NCBI GenBank assembly: GCA_005223125.1
Contig: NJBH01000037.1
Span: forward strand, 1-35,669
Length of the DNA: 35,669 nt
Reading direction: 5' to 3'
DNA from: Promethearchaeota archaeon Loki_b32
Lineage (GTDB): Archaea > Asgardarchaeota > Lokiarchaeia > Sigyniarchaeales > SOKP01
The position numbers were made by a program, and so were the translations under genes. Position 1 is the stretch's first letter. Every line of letters starts with the position of its first letter. Positions 1-9,540 of the stretch are shown piece after piece. Below the pieces are notes generated by a model. It had not been told where the DNA came from, did no database searches, and saw only the letters and a list, made by a program, of their open reading frames with translations.

Positions 1-822
1 CACAGTATATTCATTCTCTATCGTATCATAGAATATTTCATCTCCAATATTAACACCCCATTCCACATCATCTGTGATATCATAGTCAAATACTTGTTTC
101 ATTGAAGCATTAATTAACAATGGACCATCACCCATTTCAACCTTCAAATATGCTTTTCCATAATTCATGGTTCCATTATCATAATAATACCCCTCAGAGA
201 AAAATCCATCTGTGGAATTGGAAAAGTAAATCATGTTCGTATTCGTATCATTTGTAAAATCATCGAACTTGTTATAAGCCCCCATTTGTGATGCAGGATA
301 ATACATTGTTTCATTAATAATCGGTGCTAGAATATCCACTTCTACATTATTTGAACCATTAATTGGTAGCAAAAAGGGCATTCCATTCCTACCTGCTCTG
401 ATTCTATGTTTTATTGAGTCCGTGTTATTATATCCAAATAGAGCTAATTCTTGATTTGAATATTCATATGTTTCTAACTCTCCTTTAGTGACATTATAAT
501 AATATTGTGTTGCATTCACTTGCGAAAATTCATTTACACCAAGCCAATCAATAGTGACATCTTCAATAGATGTAATATTATAGATCCAAATATCTCTAAA
601 CATCATAGTCACTTCACCAGTAGAAGCATTTGTAATAATAAATTCTCCTTCGAAATACAAATGATCTCCTACATCAACCTCCCAATGCCATGCATTTTCC
701 GGATCTGATTCTGGTATTGCTGGTCCAGCACGAATAGGAGCAATTAGTGTACTTAGTGTCATTGTAGTAGTCAATAGAATTAGGAAAATAACAAAAAGTC
801 TCTTATTTCTTTTTGACATCAT
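1..822 (-). CDS. Secreted/cell-surface glycoprotein, N-terminal part (runs off the left edge; absent from the ORF track)
   Basis: Manual translation from ATG at 822 is open to base 1: MMSKRNKRLFVIFLILLTTTMTLSTLIAPIRAG (signal-peptide-like), many N-x-S/T sequons, and a recurring W-x-V-x-x-G-D motif (WEVDVGDHLYF ... WGVNIGDEIFY). Confidence 0.8.
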   Translation of the reverse strand, partial: MMSKRNKRLFVIFLILLTTTMTLSTLIAPIRAGPAIPESDPENAWHWEVDVGDHLYFEGEFIITNASTGEVTMMFRDIWIYNITSIEDVTIDWLGVNEFSQVNATQYYYNVTKGELETYEYSNQELALFGYNNTDSIKHRIRAGRNGMPFLLPINGSNNVEVDILAPIINETMYYPASQMGAYNKFDDFTNDTNTNMIYFSNSTDGFFSEGYYYDNGTMNYGKAYLKVEMGDGPLLINASMKQVFDYDITDDVEWGVNIGDEIFYDTIENEYTV

Positions 823-989
823 CAAATTTAACACTTATTTAATTTTTATTGACAAATTTGTTATATTCTTATTTATCAATAGATAAGATTAAACAAATAG
901 TAGCAGATTGCATTTTTATATTTATGTTCTTTTAAAGTAAAAAAATAGGACAGTTATTTTTAAGATTGAGACTTAACATATATTGAGAT

Positions 990-1724
990 TTAAGATGATA
1001 AAATACCTAATAATTCCTCTAATGAGTTAATTAACAAATCTGGTTGACAATATTTAAGTATCTCTCTTTTACTAACACCACTTGCTACTCCTATTGTCCA
1101 AAATCCAGCCTCTCGACCAGCAGTAATGTCTGATGGCATATCACCTATCATCAAGAATTCATCTCTACGCCGATTCTCATAGTTTTCCAAGGCAGGTTGA
1201 AGTGCCATAGGATCTGGTTTTTGAACGGGAATTTTATCACTTCCATAAACACCTTTAAAAATTTTATCGATGCCCTCTTTTTCCAAATGTTCAATTATCG
1301 TTTCAGTTTTATTATGAGAAACAATAAAAAGATCACAAGATTTAGCGAGTTTTTCTAAAAGAGGTTTGAATTCTGGGAAAAAAGAAGCATCTTTAGCATA
1401 TTCAAGATATTTACCAAATATTTTTAAAGCAATTCTTAACTTTCTAAAATAAGTTAAATCTTTGAGAGCCGTAATATGTTTGAATATTTCATATGATTCA
1501 AGCAATACTTTAGGCAATGGATACCCTTGAATAGTTTCTAACAGCGCTCCAATTTCTTGGATAGTGGTTTCCATGTCAACGTTGATATTCTTTTCAACCA
1601 AAACTTCCTCAATTGATTTTTCGAGTATTTCTCTTATATCAAGAAGAGTTCCATCAAAATCAAAAATGATTCCTCTAAGAGAACCAGATTGAAGTAGTTT
1701 TGTCAGTTGACTTTCTCTACTCAT
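990..1724 (-). CDS. HAD-superfamily hydrolase (phosphoglycolate phosphatase-like)
   Basis: Motif I FDFDGTLLD, KPDP, motif IV IGDMPSDITAG. Confidence 0.9.
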   Translation of the reverse strand: MSRESQLTKLLQSGSLRGIIFDFDGTLLDIREILEKSIEEVLVEKNINVDMETTIQEIGALLETIQGYPLPKVLLESYEIFKHITALKDLTYFRKLRIALKIFGKYLEYAKDASFFPEFKPLLEKLAKSCDLFIVSHNKTETIIEHLEKEGIDKIFKGVYGSDKIPVQKPDPMALQPALENYENRRRDEFLMIGDMPSDITAGREAGFWTIGVASGVSKREILKYCQPDLLINSLEELLGILSS

Positions 1725-1774
1725 ATTGTTTATTTAAAAAGCTTGAAGAGTTAAAAAGATATTGTTGAATTGAT

Positions 1775-2458
1775 TCAAGAGAAAGATTGTCTCAAAGCGC
1801 CATAACCTTGAATTATGCCACAGATGAGTAAAGTATATATCATTATTTTTTGTCCAATTACTGATATAAGCAATTTAATTTGGAAATTGGCGTTTTGAAC
1901 TGATGAGAAAGATATGAAATATATTCCTAAAATAATAATGGAAATCACTAGTATTTTTGCATAGAATTTTGGATAATTTATATCTTGATATATCACTATA
2001 GAATACAAAATCAATGAGATAAAAATAGAACCAAATCCAAATAGAACTAATAAATCATGTAAGTCCCCTATAAGATCAGAGGGAGTAAATGCAGTTCCAA
2101 CATAACAAACCCCTGTAAATATTCCAAAAATAGATCCTGTTATACTAATTCTTTTCAGTTTCCTAGTTTTAAAAAAGAACTTTGGGAATGCAATGAAGAA
2201 TGGGATTTGCGATAAACCCCATAAAGATAAAGCAATTGTAAATAACACAAAAGATTCCTTATTTGAAACCCCTGAATGGGCTACAGATCTCCCCAAATCA
2301 CTAAAATAATTATACCAAAATAAATAAGAGGGAGAAGAGGGATCTGAATAAGTTCCTCCCTTATAGAAAAACATTGCCACTATAGTCAGAATAATAAATT
2401 GGAAGGACCCAAAAATAACAATAATAAAAGTCCAGTATTTCCAATTTTTTAGAATCAT
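1775..2458 (-). CDS. Multi-pass membrane protein (DUF998-like)
   Basis: About 6 hydrophobic segments; Y-x-F-W-x-N-Y-F-S-D-L-G motif after TM1; His in the fourth helix region. Confidence 0.65.
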   Translation of the reverse strand: MILKNWKYWTFIIVIFGSFQFIILTIVAMFFYKGGTYSDPSSPSYLFWYNYFSDLGRSVAHSGVSNKESFVLFTIALSLWGLSQIPFFIAFPKFFFKTRKLKRISITGSIFGIFTGVCYVGTAFTPSDLIGDLHDLLVLFGFGSIFISLILYSIVIYQDINYPKFYAKILVISIIILGIYFISFSSVQNANFQIKLLISVIGQKIMIYTLLICGIIQGYGALRQSFS

Positions 2459-2670
2459 ATAGTAGTTATAATAATCTATTTTGAAATTTAAATGATTATT
2501 GAATGGATAATGGATAAGCTAAAAACTAAGAAAGAATTTATTTTTGTAATTAGTGGATATTTGCAAATCTCGCGCCTCGAGCACGTTCTAATCACTTATG
2601 GTACATAAAGACCTTTCCAGATTATCTAAGTAACCGTAAGGCTCTTATTCCATTTATATTTTAAGCAAAA

Positions 2671-3741
2671 TCATTTTTGAAATAATTTAGAATGAGATTT
2701 GAGATAGATCCGATTTCTCGAATCTACTAATTGTAAACTTCCCCATGAGTCAAATAAAGTTTCAGTTTTTCCTAAAATTAAAATTCCATTTTCATTCAAT
2801 CGATTTTCAATGATTTTTAAAAATTTATGTCGATTTTCTCGATTGAAATAAATCAAAAGATACCTACAGAAGATTATATCATACCTATAGGGCATTTTGT
2901 GACCCTTTGTAACATCTTCTTCGACAAATTCAATTTTATTCTTGATATTTTCTTTTATTACATTGGTGTGCCCAAAATGGGTTTTTTGTTTTGAAAAGTA
3001 CTTATTTTCGTAATAATCTGAAATTTCCTTCATTGAATCATCCGTATAGATCCCAATTTTTGCTTTTTTAATTGCTTCGGGAGCGATATCAGATGCTACG
3101 ATCCTATATTTGGGAAATCTTGGAACTTGAGTCTCAAGATTATCTAATATCATTGCTAATGAATATGGTTCTTCTCCAGTTGCACATGGACATGACCATA
3201 TATTAATACAATTATCTGTACTTTTCACACCCTTCATTTTTTTATAATATGAGAGTTGGTTGAGAAAAATAAATATATCCACATAGAATCTCGATGGTTT
3301 TTCAGTTAAATGCCGATTTCTATGGAAATTTTTAACTGCGTTAGATTTGGTGCGAAATTTAACCAATTTTGAAGACTCTGGTCTTATATTACTTTTTATA
3401 TCCTTTCTGCTAACTCTTAAGCCCTGAATGAATAAATCTTGAAATAATTCGAACACATCATAATCTCGAAAAAAGAACGTGTAATTTATAGTAAATCCAT
3501 CTATGAATTTTTTCACTTCTTCGTTATTTGATGAAATAAAATCGTAATATTGGTTAAGAGTTTTACACGGGACCCTAATCATTCGAGATTTTATACGTTT
3601 TTCTATAAATGTTTTATTATAATACTCAAAATTTAACCCCGTCTTTTTTCTTAATAAATGAATTAATGAGTTATACGATTTTTCATCAACAGGAATATTT
3701 TCAATAAGATTATCTTTATTTAAATTTGAATCAAAGCTCAT
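2671..3741 (-). CDS. cheR: CheR-type protein-glutamate O-methyltransferase
   Basis: TINYTFFFRD, IWSCPCATGEEPYSLAM, ASDI, YDIIFCRYLLIYF, LILGKTE are CheR motifs. Confidence 0.88.
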   Translation of the reverse strand: MSFDSNLNKDNLIENIPVDEKSYNSLIHLLRKKTGLNFEYYNKTFIEKRIKSRMIRVPCKTLNQYYDFISSNNEEVKKFIDGFTINYTFFFRDYDVFELFQDLFIQGLRVSRKDIKSNIRPESSKLVKFRTKSNAVKNFHRNRHLTEKPSRFYVDIFIFLNQLSYYKKMKGVKSTDNCINIWSCPCATGEEPYSLAMILDNLETQVPRFPKYRIVASDIAPEAIKKAKIGIYTDDSMKEISDYYENKYFSKQKTHFGHTNVIKENIKNKIEFVEEDVTKGHKMPYRYDIIFCRYLLIYFNRENRHKFLKIIENRLNENGILILGKTETLFDSWGSLQLVDSRNRIYLKSHSKLFQK

Positions 3742-3884
3742 AAATTTATCAATATTTTTGTAAACAACAGTGAATTGCTAATTTCCAATTTTACATTTCC
3801 ATAATAAACTTCATTAATTTATATCTTATTAGATAGAAAAAGTTGAAAAAAAAAAGTTAAACTTAATAAAACGCTATTAAATTC

Positions 3885-4838
3885 TTATTTTTTTAATCTT
3901 TCCAATAACTCTCGAATTTTAATTAATTCGTCTAAGCGTAATTTGTCTACTTTTATTTTATTTGAATTATCAATCTTAGATGAAGTCCCAATCGATTTTA
4001 TTTTTTCCCATATTGCTGTACGAATAAATGCTGATTGAGTTTGATGAGAAAGTTGAGCGTATTTTTTAATAACGGCTAATTCTTCTTCATCTACTAAAAA
4101 TTTAACTTGCTGGGTTTTTTTCAACGCTTCCTTAACTTTTTGTAATTCTTCCAAACGATAAAGCTTTTCTCTCTCTCTCTTTTTTAAAACAGCGTTATCG
4201 ATTTCTTTTAAATACTTTCCTTCAATATGTGATGGTATGGCTCTTTGTTTAATTTCTTTAAAAACTCTAGCCCTGGTATTAGGTGATCTCTGTTTACCGT
4301 AGAAAGATTTCAAATAAACTATTTGTTGAATTAAATTAGGATTTTCCTCCTCCAATTCTCTAATATTTTCTGTTGAAGTCTCAATATATCCTAATAAACC
4401 CTCTTTTCTTACAAATTCACGATATTTTTTTCTATCTATTTTTTCTTGGTTTTCAATTGCATCAAGCTTGTTTCCTATTAACAGAAGAGGTGCCCTATTT
4501 AGATTTATTTGCCACCAAATGTTTTTGAGACAATTTGTATGATATTCAAATGTTTCTGGTCGCGATAAATCAAAAACAAAGAAAATTGCTGATGCCCCAC
4601 TAGCATATAAATGATGGAAGGATTCAAATTGTTTATTATGAATAAAATCCCAAAATTGAAATTTATAATCCTTTCCTTTGAATTTTATTTGCTTTATAAA
4701 AAAATTTACTCCCATTTTTACTGTTCTATGTTCTTCGAAAACCTTTTCAGCATAATGTTCCATTATAGTTGTTTTTCCAACTCCAGATGCTCCAAGAACT
4801 ATAATTTTAAAGATATCTTCAAAGTGTTCTTCACTCAT
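3885..4838 (-). CDS. Degenerate Rab-like GTPase fused to a C-terminal ribbon-helix-helix-like domain
   Basis: G1 GASGVGKT, G4 GNKLD, G5-like ETST; G3 is degenerate (WDFIHN). C-terminal QVKFLVDEEELAVIKKYAQLSHQTQSAFIRTAIWEKI follows the CopG/RHH pattern. Confidence 0.75.
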   Translation of the reverse strand: MSEEHFEDIFKIIVLGASGVGKTTIMEHYAEKVFEEHRTVKMGVNFFIKQIKFKGKDYKFQFWDFIHNKQFESFHHLYASGASAIFFVFDLSRPETFEYHTNCLKNIWWQINLNRAPLLLIGNKLDAIENQEKIDRKKYREFVRKEGLLGYIETSTENIRELEEENPNLIQQIVYLKSFYGKQRSPNTRARVFKEIKQRAIPSHIEGKYLKEIDNAVLKKREREKLYRLEELQKVKEALKKTQQVKFLVDEEELAVIKKYAQLSHQTQSAFIRTAIWEKIKSIGTSSKIDNSNKIKVDKLRLDELIKIRELLERLKK

Positions 4839-4876
4839 TATCTTAATCCTCCAATTTTATATTAAATAAAATATTA

Positions 4877-4950
4877 TATGTACTGATTATGTACCTATAA
4901 TTTAATTAAGAATCATTACTATATAAATTTATGTACCGAATAAGTACATA
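4877..4950. promoter_or_regulatory. Candidate operator: TATGTAC repeats upstream of the GTPase-RHH gene
   Basis: TATGTAC at 4877-4883 and 4888-4894 (11-bp period), plus inverted repeat TATGTAC-N7-GTACATA at 4930-4950. Confidence 0.55.
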
Positions 4951-5054
4951 TGATTACTGTATCAAAAAAAACCTTTTAACCTTTTTAAATATAACTTTTG
5001 ATAGTTTTCTAATATTAAACATAATGGATTCTGTAATTAGAATAAAAAAGAGCA

Positions 5055-7415
5055 TTAAATTGAAGCGTGCTCCGTTCTTCTTATTATTTCATCCTGCAAA
5101 TCGGAACCTAAATTAATGAAATAATCACTATATCCCGCTACTCGTACAATTAAGTTTCGATATAGTTCAGGGTTAATCTGAGCAGCCCGTAAAGTATCTG
5201 CTGAAACAACATTAAATTGAATATGATGTCCATTCATTTTGAAATATACTCTTATCATATGAACCAATTTATCAATTTTCTCTTGATCTGAAAAAAAATG
5301 AGGTGCAAATTTTTGATTCAATAAGGTTCCTCCTGTTCTTAAATGATCAATTTTTCCAGCTGATTTAATCACAGCAGTTGGACCATTAATATCCATTCCT
5401 TGAACTGGAGAGATGCCTTCCGATAAAGGTGTATAGGCTTTACGCCCATCTGGAGTGGCACCTGTTACTTGACCGAAGTAAATATGAACAGTTGTAGGAA
5501 GTAGATTAATTCGATGTACTCCACCTTTAGTATTAGGTCGATTATTAATTGCATTATAAACAATTTCAAAAACTTGAGCAGTTATTAAATCAGCATAGTC
5601 ATTATCATTCCCGTATTTAGGAGTTTTATAGATTAGTTTTTGGTGAATAATATCATTTCCATCAAAATTATTATCTAAAGATTTTATTAGATCTTCTATA
5701 GATATAATATTTTTATCAAACACATTATATTTTAAAGAAGTTAGACAATCTGTGATGCTACCCATTCCCACAATTTGTATATAAGAAGTGTTATATTTTG
5801 CTCCACCATCATTATAATCCTTTCCATTTTTAATACAGTCTTCAATTAATATTGATAAGAATGGAGCGGGATTTTGAGCCCAAATACGTTCAATTATTTG
5901 ATTCCCCTTGATTTTAATGTCTACAAAATGCTTCACTTGCTTAGTATAAGCTTCAAAGAAACCATCAAAAGTTTCAAAAGTCGTAGGATCACCAGTTTCC
6001 AATCCAATTTGCTTTTTTGTTAGAGGATCGAAACCGTTATGAAGCGTTATTTCAAGAATTTTCACTAAGTTAAAATATCCTGTAAGAATATACGCTTCTT
6101 TCCCAAATGCACCAGATTCAACACATCCACTTGCTCCAGCATTGTATGCATCTATCAATGACTTTCCTTGCCTAGTTAATTCTTCAATAATGGCATCAGT
6201 GTTAAAAATTGAAGGTTGTCCAAAACCAGTTTTAATTATTTCAAGAGCTCGTTTTAAAAATTTATCTGGAGTTTTTTCACTGATTTGAACATTACTACTT
6301 GGTTGTAAAATCCGCATTTCTTCAATTACATCCAAGAGTATATAAGACATCTCATTAACTCCATTAGAACCGTCCTCTTTCAACCCTCCTATATTTATAT
6401 TACAAAAATCAGTATATGTATTGCTTTCTTCTGCTGTAACACCAACTTTGGGAGGGGCAGGTTGATTGTTAAATTTCACCCAAAAAGCTTGCAGTAATTC
6501 ATGTGCTTCTTCCCTTGTCATTTCACCATTAGCTATATCTTTTTTGTAGAATGGATATAAGTGCTGATCTAAGCGTCCTGGATTGAAAGAATCCCAGGTA
6601 TTATACTCCGTTATAACACCTAAATGAATGAACCAATAATGTTGGAGTGCCTCCCAAAAGGTTCTTGGTGCTCGTGAAGGAATATAAGTACAAATTTCTG
6701 ATATTTTCTCTAACTCTTTTTTTCTAATTGGGTCTAATTCCTTGGTAGCCAAGTGTATAGCTTCTTGTGCATGACGTTCTGCAAAAGAAATAATTGCATC
6801 TGCAGCGATATTCATCGCAGTTAACTGCTCTCTCTTATTAAATGCCTCAGGATCATTATAAAAATCTAATTTTTCTATACTTTCTTTTATTTCTTTCTTA
6901 AAATCTAAAAATCCCTTATTCCATATGTTTTTCCCACCAACTGTATGTCCAGGAGCTCTCTGTTCCATAAATTCTGTGAAAATTCCTGCTTCATATGCAT
7001 CAATCCATTCATCATCAACTTTAGAAAAAATTTTATCGCGAATAGACCTTCCTTTCCAATAAGGAATAATTATATCTTTTGTTTTTTGTCTTGTTTCCTC
7101 AGATACTTTAAAGGAAATTTTATCACGAGCATTTAAAATGTCTAAATCTTGTAAGCTGTGGCAACATACTTCTGGATATGTTGGAGTTGCCTTTGGTTCT
7201 GGACCACGTTCACCAACAATTAATTCCCCTTCATTAATGCAAATCTTTTTGTTTTCCATGAGATGCTTAAAAGCTTTTGCTCTTGCAATAGGAGCAGAAA
7301 ATTTATGAGCTGCACCATTTTTATAAAATTCTGTCAATAAAAGGGCACGTTCTAGTGAAAGATAAGGGATCAACCCTCGACTTTGAGTTCTCAATTTTTT
7401 AATTCTATCATTCAT
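5055..7415 (-). CDS. hypD: Glycyl radical enzyme, trans-4-hydroxy-L-proline dehydratase (HypD)-like
   Basis: Glycyl radical motif RVAGYS and Cys loop SGCVE; segments recalled from HypD: PTYPEVCCH, FTEFMEQRAPGHTV, FNNQPAPPKVG, SNTYTDF, LLPTT. Confidence 0.85.
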   Translation of the reverse strand: MNDRIKKLRTQSRGLIPYLSLERALLLTEFYKNGAAHKFSAPIARAKAFKHLMENKKICINEGELIVGERGPEPKATPTYPEVCCHSLQDLDILNARDKISFKVSEETRQKTKDIIIPYWKGRSIRDKIFSKVDDEWIDAYEAGIFTEFMEQRAPGHTVGGKNIWNKGFLDFKKEIKESIEKLDFYNDPEAFNKREQLTAMNIAADAIISFAERHAQEAIHLATKELDPIRKKELEKISEICTYIPSRAPRTFWEALQHYWFIHLGVITEYNTWDSFNPGRLDQHLYPFYKKDIANGEMTREEAHELLQAFWVKFNNQPAPPKVGVTAEESNTYTDFCNINIGGLKEDGSNGVNEMSYILLDVIEEMRILQPSSNVQISEKTPDKFLKRALEIIKTGFGQPSIFNTDAIIEELTRQGKSLIDAYNAGASGCVESGAFGKEAYILTGYFNLVKILEITLHNGFDPLTKKQIGLETGDPTTFETFDGFFEAYTKQVKHFVDIKIKGNQIIERIWAQNPAPFLSILIEDCIKNGKDYNDGGAKYNTSYIQIVGMGSITDCLTSLKYNVFDKNIISIEDLIKSLDNNFDGNDIIHQKLIYKTPKYGNDNDYADLITAQVFEIVYNAINNRPNTKGGVHRINLLPTTVHIYFGQVTGATPDGRKAYTPLSEGISPVQGMDINGPTAVIKSAGKIDHLRTGGTLLNQKFAPHFFSDQEKIDKLVHMIRVYFKMNGHHIQFNVVSADTLRAAQINPELYRNLIVRVAGYSDYFINLGSDLQDEIIRRTEHASI

Positions 7416-7461
7416 ATTTTCTAGCCTTCTATTGACACATTGATTAGGATTGTTAATATTA

Positions 7462-7650
7462 TTAAAAAACTATCTTAATCTCTAAATGTTGAGCAATTTC
7501 AGCTTCTTCAGGTGTAAACATTATTTTTATGTATTCCTTAAAGGCTTCAGAAATTTTTCCATTTTCATCGATTGGAATATCATTTGGATATTCTCTCATC
7601 TTTTTCAATATTACTTCATAAGGATCTTCAATTTCCGTTAAAATTCTCAC
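7462..7650 (-). pseudogene. Truncated N-terminal fragment, probably of a 4Fe-4S-binding protein
   Basis: 62-aa ORF with a FTPEEAEIA motif of the kind that precedes ferredoxin domains; ends abruptly and contains no Cys. Confidence 0.45.
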
Positions 7651-7666
7651 CTAATCTATATATTTC

Positions 7667-9355
7667 TTATCCACTACTCTCTTTTTCAGCTTTTTTAGCT
7701 TCTTTATCTCTAATTATTCGCCTTAAGACTTTTCCAACGGCACTTTTTGGTAAAGAACGTACAAATTTTACTATTCTTGGATATTTATAAGCCGCCATTT
7801 GCTCTCTAGACCAATAGATTATTTCTTGTTCAGTGATTTTTCCTTTATATTCTTTCTTAAGAATAATATGTGCCATAATATTTTCACCTCTTTCTGGGTC
7901 CTTAATACCAATTACAGCACATTCTTGAATCGCAGGATGTTCATATAAAACTTCCTCAATCTCTCTCGGGTAAACACTATGCCCCTTATACTTTATCATA
8001 TCTTTAATCCTATCGATTAAGAAAATATAACCTTCCTCATCCATTTTTGCAAAATCACCTGTCCGTAGCCACCTAAAGCCCCCGGCTTCAAAAAACACCT
8101 TTTTATTCTCTTCTGGTCGATTATGATATCCCACCATAACCTGAGGACCTGCGACAACTAACTCTCCAGATTCTCCAATAGGTAAAAAATTAAGATTCTC
8201 ATCAATAATCCCACATAAAGTACTCGCAACAGGGACACCACAACTCCCGAGCTTTTTTTTTGCCCAAGGAGGACTATTTGTGACTGTTGGACTAGTTTCA
8301 CTTAGCCCATAACCTTCTCCTAAAGGAAATCCTGTTTTTCTTTCCCATTCTTTAGCAATTTCGATGGGCATTGCTGAAGCTCCTACATTTGTATATTTCA
8401 AGCAAGAAAAATCCACATCTTTACTTAGTGGCGAGTTTAACAGATGAATAAACATCGTCGGTACTCCTAATAGTGTATTTGGTTTTTTTTCCTTAATTGT
8501 TTCAATAATCCGAGGAATATCAAATGTAGGAAAAATGAATCCTTTTCCCCCTGTCATAGGACCTTGTATAAGTTCACATGTTTGTCCATAGATATGATAC
8601 CAGGGAAGAATACAAATATTTACAAGATCTCCCTTAATGTAAGCTTCTTTCATGTAATTTGATATCTGCTGCATTTGGAGTATATTAGCAACTATATTAT
8701 GATGAGATAAACATGCCCCTTTGGGATCTCCTGTTGTTCCTCCTGTATACTGTATTACCGCGATATCTTCTTTAGGATTGATATTAACTTTGAAAGCTGT
8801 AAGTGTTTCTGGATTCTGTTCTAATAATGTATTGTAATGAATAATTTTGGTGGTTTCAGGCACATCAGGAATCTCACCGGCAACATTAACAATTATAATT
8901 TTCTCCAATGCCAGTTGATCTTCAACTTTCTTAAATTCCTTGATAAACCTATCAATCATAATTAAATATTTTGCACCAGAATCTTTAATTTGATATGCCA
9001 TTTCTCTTCCTGCAAATAGAGGACTTATGGCAGTTAACGTTGTTCCAAGCCCTAAGGCAGCAAAATAACAAATACTAAAGTGTGGGGAATTTGGTAACCA
9101 TAGAGATATAACGTCTCCTTTTTTTACACCTAATTTTAGAAGCCCTTGTGCTAATCTTCTTGTTAAATTATCCATCTCTTTAAATGTAAACTCTCTACCA
9201 AAATAGTCTATGCTTACTTTATCGCCATATTCTTTAGCTCCTTTCTCGAATAGGTCAATTAACGACAGGTCTTCTGGAATATCAATTTCTAATGTAATTC
9301 CCTCTGGTAAATAATCCTTCCAAGTTCTGTTTTTAATATAATCTGGGAGTTCCAT
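7667..9355 (-). CDS. fadD: Long-chain fatty acid--CoA ligase (ANL family)
   Basis: YTGGTTGDPKG, EGYGLSETSP, WLRTGD, DRIKDMIK, LPKSAVGKVLRR. Confidence 0.9.
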   Translation of the reverse strand: MELPDYIKNRTWKDYLPEGITLEIDIPEDLSLIDLFEKGAKEYGDKVSIDYFGREFTFKEMDNLTRRLAQGLLKLGVKKGDVISLWLPNSPHFSICYFAALGLGTTLTAISPLFAGREMAYQIKDSGAKYLIMIDRFIKEFKKVEDQLALEKIIIVNVAGEIPDVPETTKIIHYNTLLEQNPETLTAFKVNINPKEDIAVIQYTGGTTGDPKGACLSHHNIVANILQMQQISNYMKEAYIKGDLVNICILPWYHIYGQTCELIQGPMTGGKGFIFPTFDIPRIIETIKEKKPNTLLGVPTMFIHLLNSPLSKDVDFSCLKYTNVGASAMPIEIAKEWERKTGFPLGEGYGLSETSPTVTNSPPWAKKKLGSCGVPVASTLCGIIDENLNFLPIGESGELVVAGPQVMVGYHNRPEENKKVFFEAGGFRWLRTGDFAKMDEEGYIFLIDRIKDMIKYKGHSVYPREIEEVLYEHPAIQECAVIGIKDPERGENIMAHIILKKEYKGKITEQEIIYWSREQMAAYKYPRIVKFVRSLPKSAVGKVLRRIIRDKEAKKAEKESSG

Positions 9356-9540
9356 TTTTATTATCTCTTTAAAAATTTATTTTATTAATTAATGAATTTA
9401 GTATAAAAATTAAAATTTTCAATTCTCACATTATTATCTCTACTTTACAAATTATTTTTTAATGATTTATAATTATAAATTCAAGTATCTTTGATAAACT
9501 CAAAATAATTATTCTAATTTTAAATTATAGGTTTAAGATT

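Noticed and set aside
505-708. 67-aa plus-strand ORF
   Set aside because: Shadow of the minus-strand surface protein gene at 1-822.
2560-2652. Locally GC-richer intergenic stretch as an ncRNA or tRNA
   Set aside because: No cloverleaf, C/D boxes or convincing long stem found by eye.
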